Assembly (NCBI GenBank): GCA_963716395.1
Contig: OY970309.1
Span: 1,824,001-1,888,000, forward strand
DNA length: 64,000 nt
DNA from: an uncultured Fibrobacteria bacterium
Lineage (GTDB): Bacteria > Fibrobacterota > Fibrobacteria > UBA11236
Direction of reading: 5' to 3'
A program made the position numbers and the translations under genes. Under the pieces are notes generated by a model. The model ran no database searches. It had not been told where the DNA came from and was given only the letters and a program-made list of their open reading frames with translations. Positions 46,932 through 56,697 of the stretch are shown here, piece by piece (the first letter of the stretch is position 1; each line of letters opens with the position of its first letter).

Positions 46932-47402
46932 TCACCCCAACCCCTCCCGGATCTTCTCCAAGTGCCGCAGCAGCGACCGAATCGTTTTCGTATCGAGGCA
47001 CCCCAGTTGGTCCAGGTGTAACTCGACCAGCGGTTGATCCAAGGTTTCGAGTAAGGCCAGACCTTTGGCCGTAATTTGGGCCGAGACCACCCGGCGGTCT
47101 TTCGCAGCGCGTCGGCGCGCCACCAGCCGCCGATGCTCCAGGCGGTCGAGCAGGCGGGTGATGTCGGGGTCGCGGGTGACCATGCGGATGCCGATTTCTC
47201 CGCAGGGGAGACCTTCGGGTCGGGCGCCGCGCAGAATGCGCAACACGTTGTATTGTGCCGGCGATAGTCCATGCGTCTTGAGCAGGGCACCGGGCTTGCG
47301 ATTCAGCAAATCCGATGTGCGTAGCAAGCTGATGAACAGCTCTTCTTCGGCATGCGCAAAGGGCTTGCGCTGCTTGATCTCCCTGAGCAGACTTGGGGGC
47401 AT
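46932..47402 (-). CDS. MarR-family transcriptional regulator
   Basis: GLSPAQYNVLRILRG, PDITRLLDRLE, DRRVVSAQITAKG. Confidence 0.93.
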   Translation of the reverse strand: MPPSLLREIKQRKPFAHAEEELFISLLRTSDLLNRKPGALLKTHGLSPAQYNVLRILRGARPEGLPCGEIGIRMVTRDPDITRLLDRLEHRRLVARRRAAKDRRVVSAQITAKGLALLETLDQPLVELHLDQLGCLDTKTIRSLLRHLEKIREGLG

Positions 47403-47408
47403 GAGGGC

Positions 47409-47437
47409 ATTGTACTTGTTCCTTCCGGGGGCCTCAA
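47409..47437 (-). promoter_or_regulatory. sigma70 promoter of marR-like gene (leaderless geometry)
   Basis: Minus strand TTGAGG-N17-TACAAT-N6-ATG. Confidence 0.6.
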
Positions 47438-47759
47438 GTCGTGGCGACCCAAAAGCGCCGGATTTTTGGAACGAAACTGCCTCGTCCCGCAGCCGCGCGT
47501 CCATTCGGTGGCTCTAAACTCGCGCCGAACGGTGAGCTTCGGGGCGTCACGAATGGGACACCCGTCACGTCAAGAGAGTGTGGATTGGGCGGGCGATGGG
47601 AGCGGGCCGGCGGATCGTTCAAGCAGATTGGTTTGCCGCCGGGAATGTGGACTCTGTGAGGCCCCGCGATTTACAAAATCTGCTGGTAATTCTGAATTCG
47701 AGGGTCGTTTTCTCCCTGACAAAGCCGACTTGCCAAGACGAGCGGCGCAATGTTACATA

Positions 47760-47787
47760 GGAAACTCTTAAAACGCGTTGAGTTTCC
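47760..47787. promoter_or_regulatory. putative TetR operator
   Basis: Perfect 8-bp inverted repeat GGAAACTC-N12-GAGTTTCC abutting the tetR ATG, downstream of TTGCCA at 47730-47735. Confidence 0.65.
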
Positions 47788-48465
47788 ATGGTATCCGCCC
47801 TTCGTCTGCCCGCCTCCCGGTTGCGTCCCGCTCCGGGATCTTTACAGCGTCCAGCTCGGCCGCCGGCCGAAATGCGCCGCCGCATCCTGTCCGTGGCGCG
47901 GGATCAATACACGCGGTTGGGGTTCAGCGCCGTGACCATGGATGAAACCGCTGCGGCCGCAGGCGTCAGCAAAAAGACCCTCTACCGGCATTTTTCCAGC
48001 AAAGAAGATTTGCTGGTGGCCGTGACGCATGACCACGTCGAAAAAGTGCATGCGGATTTGTGCGCAATTTACCGCGATACCGGGCGCACCCCCCTGCAGC
48101 GGCTGCGGGGAATGATGGATTATCTCGCCGGCATGTACTCTGAATTGAGCGTGTCTCTGGTGCATGATATGCGGCGTTGTGCGCCCGAGTGCTGGCGCGA
48201 AGTTGAAACCAACCGGAAACGCAATATCGAAGGGGATTTTTCCACTTTGCTGCGTGAAGGGCGCGCCAAGGGGTATTTCCGCAAAGAAATCGATCCGCGG
48301 ATTTTTCTATTGATTTATGCCGAAGTCGCCAAGCACGTGCTCAACCCTGAAGTGTTCACCCGGCTGGGCATCGCGCCGGACCGGTTGTTCTCGGCCGTGT
48401 GCAAGGTGTTGTTCGAAGGCATTCTCACCGACGCCGCCCGCAAGGAATATCATGACGCGCCGTAA
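47788..48465 (+). CDS. TetR/AcrR-family regulator
   Basis: GFSAVTMDETAAAAGVSKKTLYRHFSSKEDL HTH. Confidence 0.94.
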   Translation: MVSALRLPASRLRPAPGSLQRPARPPAEMRRRILSVARDQYTRLGFSAVTMDETAAAAGVSKKTLYRHFSSKEDLLVAVTHDHVEKVHADLCAIYRDTGRTPLQRLRGMMDYLAGMYSELSVSLVHDMRRCAPECWREVETNRKRNIEGDFSTLLREGRAKGYFRKEIDPRIFLLIYAEVAKHVLNPEVFTRLGIAPDRLFSAVCKVLFEGILTDAARKEYHDAP

Positions 48466-49840
48466 TTTTCCGAGTTTGCGAAAGTGGGTCCCCGGCTTGA
48501 TCCTCGGATTCGCTGGCTTCGCTACGTCCTGGGCGGAAGACGGGCTGACCCTGCATGACGCCATGAAAGCCGCTCTGCAAAACAGCGAAGAAGCGCAATT
48601 GCTGACTCAGAAAGTCGCCAAACTTGAAGCCCAGAAAGGCGAACTTCTGGCCGGGATCTTGCCCAATGTGCAGGCCTTTGCCAATGTGGGCCGCGGGGCG
48701 CAACCGACGCCGACCGCGGAGTTTTCCTCTTTCTTTCCGGCCGGAAGCGATACCTCCACTTTTAAGCTTCCACCGGCCATCGACGTGGCCTTGAACAATT
48801 ACAGCTATGGCGTGCAGGTCACGCAGCCGATTTATTCCTTCGGGCGTTTGGGCTTGGCCTATCGGGTGGCTTCGAAAGAAGTCCGCTCGCAAGACCAGGC
48901 CAACAAAAGTTCTCGGCAGCAAATCGAACTGCAAACCCTGGACGCCTTCTACGCCGTGCTGACCACCGCATCGCGCCTGTCGGTGATCAGCGCTTCGGAA
49001 AGGCGGCAAAGCCAGACCGTGGGATTTTTGAATTCCAATTTTGAAATGGGCTCGGGAACGCGCAGCACCGTGCTGTTAGCCACCTCGGCGCTCAAGGCTT
49101 TGGAGCCCCAGCGTATTCGCGCCGAAAGCGACTTCGAAGCCGCGCGCATGCGCCTCAACCGCCTGCTGGGCCGGCCGGTAGATTCTCCTTTATCGCTCGA
49201 TTCCAATGTCGATGTAGAACTGCAAGCTCCGGCCGTCGATACGTCGGAATCAGGCCTCACTTCGATTCTCGATCAACGGCCCGACCTCACCGCCATGCAT
49301 TTGCAGAAAGAAGCCTTGCGGGGATATGCCCGCGGTTACCGCATGCAATACCTGCCCAGTCTTGGCGCCCAGGCTAAATGGGGCATCATGGCCTTTGAAC
49401 CCGACCATCAACTGGTCGATTTCAATAATAATGCAAACTGGCAAGTCGGGTTGGGACTGCAATGGACGTTGTTCGACGGATTTTCCAACAGTTCCAAGGC
49501 GCATGAATACGACGCGGACGCCCGCAGCATGGAGCTCAACGAACGGCAAGCGCGGGCCAATGCCCGCATTGAAATCGAAACCGCCGCGCGCGACGTGGCC
49601 GCAGCCGACACCGCTTATACGGCAGCCTTGCAGGCGCGCGATGCCGCGGCCGAAGCCGATAGTTTGATCTCCGACGATTTTCGCGCCGGTCAAGGCCAGG
49701 TCACCGACCTGCTTTCGGCCGAAGAAGGCTTGCGCAATGCCGAATTCGGTCTGCTCTCGGCGCGCTATCAGAAGACGCGGGCGCGGGCCGCCCTGCGGGT
49801 GGCCTTGGGCCAGGGTTTGATGGAGGAGGATTCCCAGTGA
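48452..49840 (+). CDS. TolC-family outer membrane efflux protein
   Basis: Signal peptide, VTQPIYSFG, LQWTLFDGF, two OEP-like repeats; operon context. Confidence 0.9.
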   Translation: MTRRNFPSLRKWVPGLILGFAGFATSWAEDGLTLHDAMKAALQNSEEAQLLTQKVAKLEAQKGELLAGILPNVQAFANVGRGAQPTPTAEFSSFFPAGSDTSTFKLPPAIDVALNNYSYGVQVTQPIYSFGRLGLAYRVASKEVRSQDQANKSSRQQIELQTLDAFYAVLTTASRLSVISASERRQSQTVGFLNSNFEMGSGTRSTVLLATSALKALEPQRIRAESDFEAARMRLNRLLGRPVDSPLSLDSNVDVELQAPAVDTSESGLTSILDQRPDLTAMHLQKEALRGYARGYRMQYLPSLGAQAKWGIMAFEPDHQLVDFNNNANWQVGLGLQWTLFDGFSNSSKAHEYDADARSMELNERQARANARIEIETAARDVAAADTAYTAALQARDAAAEADSLISDDFRAGQGQVTDLLSAEEGLRNAEFGLLSARYQKTRARAALRVALGQGLMEEDSQ

Positions 49841-50919
49841 AGATTGCAAATGGCGAAATTCGGACTCTAGCGATTAAAGTGAAAATGGCGCTTCTCCTCC
49901 TGGCCATCGCGGCATTGCTGGCGGCGTGCAACAAGAAAAAGTCAAACGACGAAGATGCGCAACGCGTGTCGGCCGACACCACCAACGCCATCCGGGTGGT
50001 GACCGCCGTGGTGGAACCCCGGCCCTTCGAAGACTGGGGCTTGTACTCCGCCGACTTGCGCGGCCTCGACGATGCCGTGCTCACGGCTCCGGCTCCAGGC
50101 GGCGGGCGGGTGAATACGGTGGCTACCGTGGGTAAGACCGTGGCCAAAGGTCAGTCGTTGTGCAATATCGACAGCGATAAATACGGCGCCATGCTGGCGC
50201 AGGCCAAAGCTGCGCTCGATTATGCCCAGGGAGAACTCGATCGCACCAAAAGCAACATCGACAAGGGTTATGTCGGCAAAGCCGTGCTCGATAAAAGCAA
50301 TCTCGATTATCAAAGCGCCCGGGTCGCCTACTTACAGGCCGTACGCGCCTACCAGGATAGCCGCTGCCAGGCGCCGTTTTCGGGTGTGCTGGTCAGCCGT
50401 TTTGTGGAGCAATTCCAAAGCGTTCCGCCCGGCGCGCCCACCGTGCGTGTGGCCGGCATCCGGCGGCTCGAAGTCGACGTCTCCATTCCCGAAAGCGACG
50501 CCTTCGACTACCGTGAAGGGCAGAAGGCCGAATTCCAGGTGTTGCAATCCGGCATCAAGCCGGTGGAAGGGCACATCCGCAGTCTGGATCGGGCCGTGGA
50601 AGACCGCGATCGCACGGTGACGGCGCGTATCGAGATTCCGAATCCGGGCAAGGCGTTGAAGCCCGGCATGATCGGCAAGGCGCATATTCTCCGCCACCGC
50701 TATGAGAAAGCGCTGGTGGTTTCATCGCAGGCCGTGCTGCGTCTGCAAGAAGGCACCGTCATCATGCGCGTGGTCGACGGCCGTGCGCAAAAGGCCGCGG
50801 TCACCTTGGGCGCCACGGCCGGTGATTCGGTCATGGTCGATGCGGGCCTTTCGGCCGGCGACCGCATCATTACCGTGGGGGCTTTCCAGGTATCCGACGG
50901 AACCAAGGTGGAATTCTGA
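49837..50919 (+). CDS. RND efflux periplasmic adaptor (MFP), lipoprotein
   Basis: LLAAC lipobox, APFSGVL, LKPGM, GLSAGDRIITVG. Confidence 0.92.
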   Translation: MKIANGEIRTLAIKVKMALLLLAIAALLAACNKKKSNDEDAQRVSADTTNAIRVVTAVVEPRPFEDWGLYSADLRGLDDAVLTAPAPGGGRVNTVATVGKTVAKGQSLCNIDSDKYGAMLAQAKAALDYAQGELDRTKSNIDKGYVGKAVLDKSNLDYQSARVAYLQAVRAYQDSRCQAPFSGVLVSRFVEQFQSVPPGAPTVRVAGIRRLEVDVSIPESDAFDYREGQKAEFQVLQSGIKPVEGHIRSLDRAVEDRDRTVTARIEIPNPGKALKPGMIGKAHILRHRYEKALVVSSQAVLRLQEGTVIMRVVDGRAQKAAVTLGATAGDSVMVDAGLSAGDRIITVGAFQVSDGTKVEF

Positions 50920-53900
50920 TGACCAAGTTCGCCGTCAAGAACCCGGTCACGGTGATGGTGCTCGCCGTCATCCTGATCGTGGCGGGCATCGGATCGTACA
51001 AGAGCATGCCGCTCGAGTCCTTCCCCGAAATCAAGATTCCCTTGATCTTCGTGACCGTGCTTTACCCGGGCGCTTCGCCGGTGGACATGGAGAAACTGGT
51101 CACCGAGAAAATCGAAGACAAACTCGAAGGCGTCGACGGGTTGAAGCAGGTCACCTCCACATCGGGCGAAGGCTATAGCAGCCTGCAGGTGGAGTTCAAT
51201 CCCGACGTCGAGGTCGAAACGGCGCTACGCCGCGTCAAAGACAAAGTTGACGAAGCCAAACCCGATTTTCCCGCCGACGCCAAAGAGCCGGTGGTCGAGG
51301 AACTGAATTTTTCCAACATCCCGATTTTCGTGATCTCGTTGTCCGCCGATTACGCCAGCGAGCGCCTCGATCAGGTGGCGGAAAACCTCAAGGACCGCAT
51401 CACCAGCCTGCCGGGAGTGCTGGAAGCCAGCCTCACCGGCAAGCAGGATCACGAAGTCGCCATCGACGCCGATCCCGCCAAACTGCAACAATACGGGCTG
51501 TCGCTCGACGATCTCGTCAAGGCCGTGCAGAAGCAGGATCTGAATATTCCCGGCGGCACTCTGATTGCGGGCGGCAACCGCTTTACCATCGAGGTGACGG
51601 GCGAGGTGGAAAACCCCGAAGAGTTCGCCGATCTGGTCGTGCGCTCGCAGAACGGGGCGCTGGTGCACATGCGCGACGTGGCGCATGTGTCGTTCCAATA
51701 CGCGCGCGATCGCGCCACCATTTTCCGTTTGAACGGTAAGAACTCGCTGGCCATCGCCGTGACCAAACGCGTGGGCGCCAACATCGTCGATTTGGTCGAT
51801 CAAATCAAGCAGGTGGTCAACTCGGAGCGGTCCAATTGGCCCAACGGCACCCAGGTCGACTACACCTTCGATCAAAGCACCCAAATCCGCCAGATGGCCA
51901 ATGAATTGCAGAACCATATCATGCTCGGCCTGTTCCTGGTGGTGGGACTGGTATCGTTCTTCCTGGGCTTTCGCAACAGCGTCTTCATCAGCACGGCCAT
52001 ACCCTTCAGCATGATGATGGGCGCCATGTTTCTCAACGCCATGGGGGTCACCCTCAACATGGTGGTGCTGTTCTCCTCGGTGATCGCCTTGGGCATGCTG
52101 GTCGACGACGGCATCGTGGTGGTGGAAAATATCTACCGCCATTTGCACATGGGCAAAGACCGCATCACCGCGGCCATCGACGGCACCAAGGAAGTGGCCG
52201 TGCCGGTAACCACCGCCACCGTCACCACGGTCGCGGCCTTCATGCCCATCGTGTTTATGCCCGGGATGATGGGGCAATTCATGAAATTCCTGCCCATCAC
52301 GGTTTCGGTGATGCTGATCGGATCGCTGTTCGTGGCCTTCGTATTCAACCCCGTGTTCGCTTCGCTGTTCCTGACGAAACAAAGCAAGGGCATGGATGAA
52401 AGCGGAGGCGAACGCTTCGAGCGTTTCCGCAACCTGTACCGCGGCTTTTTGGAGCGCGTGGTCGACCGGCCCCTTCTCGTCGGGCTGTTCTGCTTTCTGT
52501 TCGTGGCCCTGGGCATCATGGCCTATGGAAAATTCGGCACCGGCGTGACGTTCTTTCCCAATATCGAGCCCGACGTCGTGGCCGCCGAAATCACCGGGCC
52601 CCTGGGCATCGACATCGCTTCGACCGATTCGGCGCTCAAAACCATCGAGGCCAAACTGTTCACCATGCCCAAGAGCGTGGCCGACGTCGACAACTATTCG
52701 GCCGTGGTGGGTTTCAACAAAGTCGACGAGGGCGCGGGCGACCGCCGCCCGGCGTCGCATTACGGTTATGTCGACGTGAGTTTCGCCGATTACGATAAGC
52801 GCAAGGTCAGTTCCTGGAAATCGATGCAATGGATGCAAGACAGCGTGCCCAAGGTGCTGCCCGGGTGGAAGGTGGCCATCAAGCAGCAGCAAAACGGTCC
52901 GCCGCAGGGCTATCCGGTTTCTTTCGAGGTGTCGGGGAACGACTTCGACCAGTTGGCGCAAATCGCCGAGCAGGTGAAAGCGAAATTGGCCAAGGTGCCA
53001 GGGCTCATCAATATCGACTGGGATTACGATCCCGTGCGGCCCGAACTTTCGGTGCAGGTCGATCGCGATCAGGCCGAACGCCTGGGCATCAGCACCAGTG
53101 AAATCGCCCTGGCCGTGCGTGGCGCCATTTACGGGTATCAGGCCGCCAAATACAGGGTGGGCAAGGATGAAGACGACGTCATGGTGCGGCTCAATCCTGC
53201 CACCCGCGAAAACTTTTCTGGATTGGACCAGATCACCATTGCGCATGAGGGCGCCTTGATTCCGCTTACATCGGTGGCGCATATCACGCAGAAGGCCAGC
53301 CTGGCCAGCATCCGCCACCTCGACAGCAAACGCACGATTCAAGTGTGGGCCGAACTCGCGGCCGGTGTGCGCGACGAATCCAAACCCAAGGCCGCGGCCC
53401 TGGCCGCGGTGAAAGACATTCCCGTGCCGCCGGGCTACACCTTGGAAACCGGCAGCAGCAACCGCGATCAGGACGAATCGCAGGCCTTTCTGGAAAAGGC
53501 CTTCTTGATCGCGGTGGCGCTGGTGGTGCTTACCATGGTGGCGCAGTTCAATTCCATCGCGCAGCCGTTCTTCGTCTTCATCAGCATTCTCCTTTCGTTG
53601 GGCGGCGTGTTTTGGGGATTGTTGTTCATGCACGTGACCTTTTCGATTCTCATGACCGGCATCGGCATCATCGCCTTGGCGGGCGTGGTGGCCAAGAACG
53701 GCATCGTGCTCATCGACTTCATCAATCGCTTGCGGCACAGCGGCGTGCCCTTGCGCCAGGCGGTGATCGAAGGCGGCGCCACGCGCTTGCGGCCGGTTCT
53801 GCTCACTGCGGTCACGGCCATGATCGGCCTGGTGCCCATGGCCACCGGCGTGGGTTTTGATTTCTTCCACCTGCGGCTCATTCTGCGCTCGCAGAGCTCG

Positions 53901-54041
53901 CTGTGGTGGACGCCGATGGCCTGGGCCATATTCTGGGGTCTGTTCTTCAACACCATTTTGACCTTGGTGGTGGTGCCCACCTTGTATCTGGGATGGGAGC
54001 GGCTCAAGGCCAAGATTCTGCGCAAACACATCGTGGTTTAA
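50919..54041 (+). CDS. RND efflux transporter permease (AcrB/MdtB family)
   Basis: 1040 aa; GMLVDDGIVVVENI, VAKNGIVLID, RLRPVLLT. Confidence 0.96.
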   Translation: MTKFAVKNPVTVMVLAVILIVAGIGSYKSMPLESFPEIKIPLIFVTVLYPGASPVDMEKLVTEKIEDKLEGVDGLKQVTSTSGEGYSSLQVEFNPDVEVETALRRVKDKVDEAKPDFPADAKEPVVEELNFSNIPIFVISLSADYASERLDQVAENLKDRITSLPGVLEASLTGKQDHEVAIDADPAKLQQYGLSLDDLVKAVQKQDLNIPGGTLIAGGNRFTIEVTGEVENPEEFADLVVRSQNGALVHMRDVAHVSFQYARDRATIFRLNGKNSLAIAVTKRVGANIVDLVDQIKQVVNSERSNWPNGTQVDYTFDQSTQIRQMANELQNHIMLGLFLVVGLVSFFLGFRNSVFISTAIPFSMMMGAMFLNAMGVTLNMVVLFSSVIALGMLVDDGIVVVENIYRHLHMGKDRITAAIDGTKEVAVPVTTATVTTVAAFMPIVFMPGMMGQFMKFLPITVSVMLIGSLFVAFVFNPVFASLFLTKQSKGMDESGGERFERFRNLYRGFLERVVDRPLLVGLFCFLFVALGIMAYGKFGTGVTFFPNIEPDVVAAEITGPLGIDIASTDSALKTIEAKLFTMPKSVADVDNYSAVVGFNKVDEGAGDRRPASHYGYVDVSFADYDKRKVSSWKSMQWMQDSVPKVLPGWKVAIKQQQNGPPQGYPVSFEVSGNDFDQLAQIAEQVKAKLAKVPGLINIDWDYDPVRPELSVQVDRDQAERLGISTSEIALAVRGAIYGYQAAKYRVGKDEDDVMVRLNPATRENFSGLDQITIAHEGALIPLTSVAHITQKASLASIRHLDSKRTIQVWAELAAGVRDESKPKAAALAAVKDIPVPPGYTLETGSSNRDQDESQAFLEKAFLIAVALVVLTMVAQFNSIAQPFFVFISILLSLGGVFWGLLFMHVTFSILMTGIGIIALAGVVAKNGIVLIDFINRLRHSGVPLRQAVIEGGATRLRPVLLTAVTAMIGLVPMATGVGFDFFHLRLILRSQSSLWWTPMAWAIFWGLFFNTILTLVVVPTLYLGWERLKAKILRKHIVV

Positions 54042-54070
54042 AAAAACGGCGGAGCTTTCGCCCCGCCGTT
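54040..54070 (-). terminator. rho-independent terminator of perR-dps-ahpC (possibly bidirectional)
   Basis: Stem aacggcggagc / gccccgccgtt with an A-run on the left (T-run on the minus strand). Confidence 0.7.
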
Positions 54071-54097
54071 GCGACGTCCCAAAAAACGGGCCCGGAT

Positions 54098-54688
54098 TCA
54101 GGCCGCGTGGCGCGCGAGATAGGCTCCCACCGATTCGCGGTTTTCACGCAGGGCGTCTTCGCCCGGATGCCAGTTGGCCGGGCAGACTTCGCCGTTCTCT
54201 TCGTAGAATTGCAACGCGTCGAGAATGCGCAGGGCTTCGTCTACGCTGCGGCCCAGGGGCAAATCGTTGATCAGGGCATGCCGCACGATTCCGGCCTGGT
54301 CGATGAGAAACAAGCCGCGCAACGCCACTTCTTCGTTCAAGAGCACGCCGTATTGGCGCGCGATGGACTTGCTCAAGTCGGCCACCACGGGATGTCCGAT
54401 GGCGCCGATGCCGCCTTGAACCACGGGTATATTCCGCCACGCTGCCAAGGTGTGCTGCGAATCCACCGACACGCCGATCACCTCGCAGCCGCGCGCCTGA
54501 AAATCCTTGAGCCGCTTGTCGAAGGCCAGGATTTCCGTGGGGCAGACGAAGGTGAACGCCAGCGGAAAGAAATACAGAATAACGTGCTTTCCCCGGTACG
54601 CGGCCAGATCGACTTCACCCAGCGATCCGTCGGGTAGGACCGCCTTGGCCTTAAAGGCCGGTGCGGGTTGGGTGACGAGGGTGTTCAT
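54098..54688 (-). CDS. ahpC: 2-Cys peroxiredoxin
   Basis: FTFVCPTE, GRSVDEALR, EVCPANW. Confidence 0.96.
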   Translation of the reverse strand: MNTLVTQPAPAFKAKAVLPDGSLGEVDLAAYRGKHVILYFFPLAFTFVCPTEILAFDKRLKDFQARGCEVIGVSVDSQHTLAAWRNIPVVQGGIGAIGHPVVADLSKSIARQYGVLLNEEVALRGLFLIDQAGIVRHALINDLPLGRSVDEALRILDALQFYEENGEVCPANWHPGEDALRENRESVGAYLARHAA

Positions 54689-54714
54689 GGTGTTCTCCTT
54701 GGTTGATGTGATTC

Positions 54715-55203
54715 TTATTCCTCCAGCAGGCTGCGAAGCATCCAGGCGGTTTTTTCATGCACCTGTAACCGCTGGGTCAACAAATCCATGGTGGCCTGGT
54801 CGCCGGCTTTTTCCGCGGCGGGAAAAACCTCGCGCACGGTTTTGGCCACGGTTTCATGCCCTTTGACGAGCGAGCGGATCATGTCGACGGCCTTGGGCAC
54901 GCCGTCTTCTTCGGCGATGGCGGTCAATTTTGCAAAGGCCGCATAGGTGGCCGGGGCCGGATGGCCCAGGGCGCGGATGCGCTCGGCTACGAGATCGACG
55001 GCCAGCGCCAATTCATTGTAATGCTGCTCGAACATGAGGTGCAGGGTTTGGAACATGGGACCGACGACGTTCCAGTGGAAGTTGTGCGTCTTCAAATACA
55101 GGGTATAAGTGTCGGCCAGCACGCGGGACAAACCTTGCGCCACCTGGCGGCGATCGGATTCGGTGATGCCGATTTCAATGGAAGCATGGGATGGGGAATT
55201 CAT
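54715..55203 (-). CDS. dps: Dps DNA-protection ferritin-like protein
   Basis: [33 protein letters not shown]. Confidence 0.96.
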   Translation of the reverse strand: MNSPSHASIEIGITESDRRQVAQGLSRVLADTYTLYLKTHNFHWNVVGPMFQTLHLMFEQHYNELALAVDLVAERIRALGHPAPATYAAFAKLTAIAEEDGVPKAVDMIRSLVKGHETVAKTVREVFPAAEKAGDQATMDLLTQRLQVHEKTAWMLRSLLEE

Positions 55204-55646
55204 GGGCGGATCTCCTTGTGTTGAGAGGTGAAGGTGCGTTGCTTTAAAGTACGTTCCCCCCGCCGGCATTCGGAACACAAACCGATGACGCGCACCGATA
55301 CCTCTTCGGCCTGGAAGTGGGCGAGTCGCGGCAGTTTGGCCGCAGCCAGGCGGCCGAGCACATCGGCGTCTTCGATGCGGCCGCATCGGCGGCAGATCAG
55401 GTGGTCGTGCCGCGCCAGCATGCCGTCGTAGCGTACGCCTTCTTCTTCCGAACCCACGCGCCGGATCGTGCCGGCCGCCAGCAGAAAATTCAACGAGTTG
55501 TACACCGTGGCCACGCTCAGGCCCGGGTCTTTTTTCGCCACGCGGTCGAACACCTGCCGCGCCGTGGGGTGGTCATGGCTGGCGCGTACCACGTCGAGCA
55601 CGGTGCGCCGATGCGGGGTCAGGGTGTGCGAGGTCGGAGGGGTCAT
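55200..55646 (-). CDS. perR: Fur-family peroxide regulator PerR
   Basis: [29 protein letters not shown]; heads dps-ahpC. Confidence 0.85.
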   Translation of the reverse strand: MTPPTSHTLTPHRRTVLDVVRASHDHPTARQVFDRVAKKDPGLSVATVYNSLNFLLAAGTIRRVGSEEEGVRYDGMLARHDHLICRRCGRIEDADVLGRLAAAKLPRLAHFQAEEVSVRVIGLCSECRRGERTLKQRTFTSQHKEIRP

Positions 55647-55652
55647 GGGGAG

Positions 55653-55681
55653 AATTTATAATTATTCTAATTATAAGTCAA
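55653..55681 (-). promoter_or_regulatory. sigma70 promoter overlapped by Per boxes
   Basis: Minus strand TTGACT-N17-TAAATT-N6-ATG. TTATAATTATTCTAA (55656-55670) matches the Per box TTATAATNATTATAA with one mismatch; a second offset box lies at 55662-55676. Confidence 0.8.
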
Positions 55682-55697
55682 GCGCACTCCGGCGGCC

Positions 55698-56687
55698 TCA
55701 GGGTTTTCCGGGATGCCGTCCCTCCGGCAGATAGTGCGCCAACCAGTGCACCACGATTTTGGTGGCCAAAACGGCTCCGGCGGCATTGACATGCCCGGGG
55801 TCTTTGTAAAGACCCGCATCGTCGTCGTGCCATGCCGGCAGTCCGTAAAAGTCCAGGTAGGGAACGCCATACCGTTCCAGCACGCTATCCACGGATTGGG
55901 CCACGTATTCCAGGCTCCCGTCGTTCCGGAACTCGGGAGCGGTGAAGGCCGCCAGGAAGACGCCCTGACTTTTCAAACGTCCGGCCAAATCCGACAACAT
56001 CTGCAAATGCGATCGGGAGACGGGAAAAGCGCTGCGGGGAAAATAGGGATGCCGTTTTTCGGACTTGCGTTCCAGCCGGATCACTCGCAGCGAATCTCCC
56101 GGTTCCGCCGCAAACGCGCTGAACCCGTGGGAGGTGTCCGGGAGCGGATGCAACCAATCCCGCAGCAGGTAAAAAAACTGGCCGTTGAACGGGTACAGGG
56201 CGGATAAGAATTTAAGCCGATCCAGCAGGGGCCATTCCCGCGCCTGGCGATCCACCCAGTTTCCCCGGCGCCACAGAGTGCGCAAAAAACGCCGGTCGTG
56301 CAGGGTATCGGCGTCGGCGTTCTTATCGGGGAGGAAGGCTTCCAGATCCAATTCCAACAGCACCGCGGGCGGTAACCGGCCCGCTTCCTCGATCAGCCCC
56401 AACACGCCGTTGGCCCAATAAATTTCGTATCCGGCGTGCCCGAGATTATAGGTCGGGTAGGGAAAAAATTCGGGATCCACCGTATATTCCATGCGGCTGC
56501 TTCCCACCAGCAGCAGATACGGACGGACCCGACCCTGCAACACGTTTTGAATCCGGCCGCCATGGTCGCCGCTTCGGGTCAACCTTTGGATGCGGCGGAA
56601 GCCAAAGACGAGCAGACGATCGCATAGCAGGAGCGACCCGCCCAGCAGGGTCAGGAAAAAAAATACGCGCCGTTTTTCCCGGTTCAT
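55698..56687 (-). CDS. SGNH-like (DltD/AlgJ-like) periplasmic acyl-transfer partner
   Basis: N-terminal TM anchor, LLVGSSR (nucleophile Ser), YNLG, C-terminal DPGHVNAAGA (DxxH). Confidence 0.75.
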   Translation of the reverse strand: MNREKRRVFFFLTLLGGSLLLCDRLLVFGFRRIQRLTRSGDHGGRIQNVLQGRVRPYLLLVGSSRMEYTVDPEFFPYPTYNLGHAGYEIYWANGVLGLIEEAGRLPPAVLLELDLEAFLPDKNADADTLHDRRFLRTLWRRGNWVDRQAREWPLLDRLKFLSALYPFNGQFFYLLRDWLHPLPDTSHGFSAFAAEPGDSLRVIRLERKSEKRHPYFPRSAFPVSRSHLQMLSDLAGRLKSQGVFLAAFTAPEFRNDGSLEYVAQSVDSVLERYGVPYLDFYGLPAWHDDDAGLYKDPGHVNAAGAVLATKIVVHWLAHYLPEGRHPGKP

Positions 56688-56697
56688 CGGCCGCGCC

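Noticed and set aside
46880-46935. attR (tRNA-Thr 3' duplication) at the right edge of the glycan island
   Set aside because: No copy of the tRNA 3' end was found and there is no integrase in the window.
51225-54029. 934-aa antisense ORF opposite the RND permease
   Set aside because: Shadow ORF caused by GC-rich codon bias of the sense gene; no motifs.
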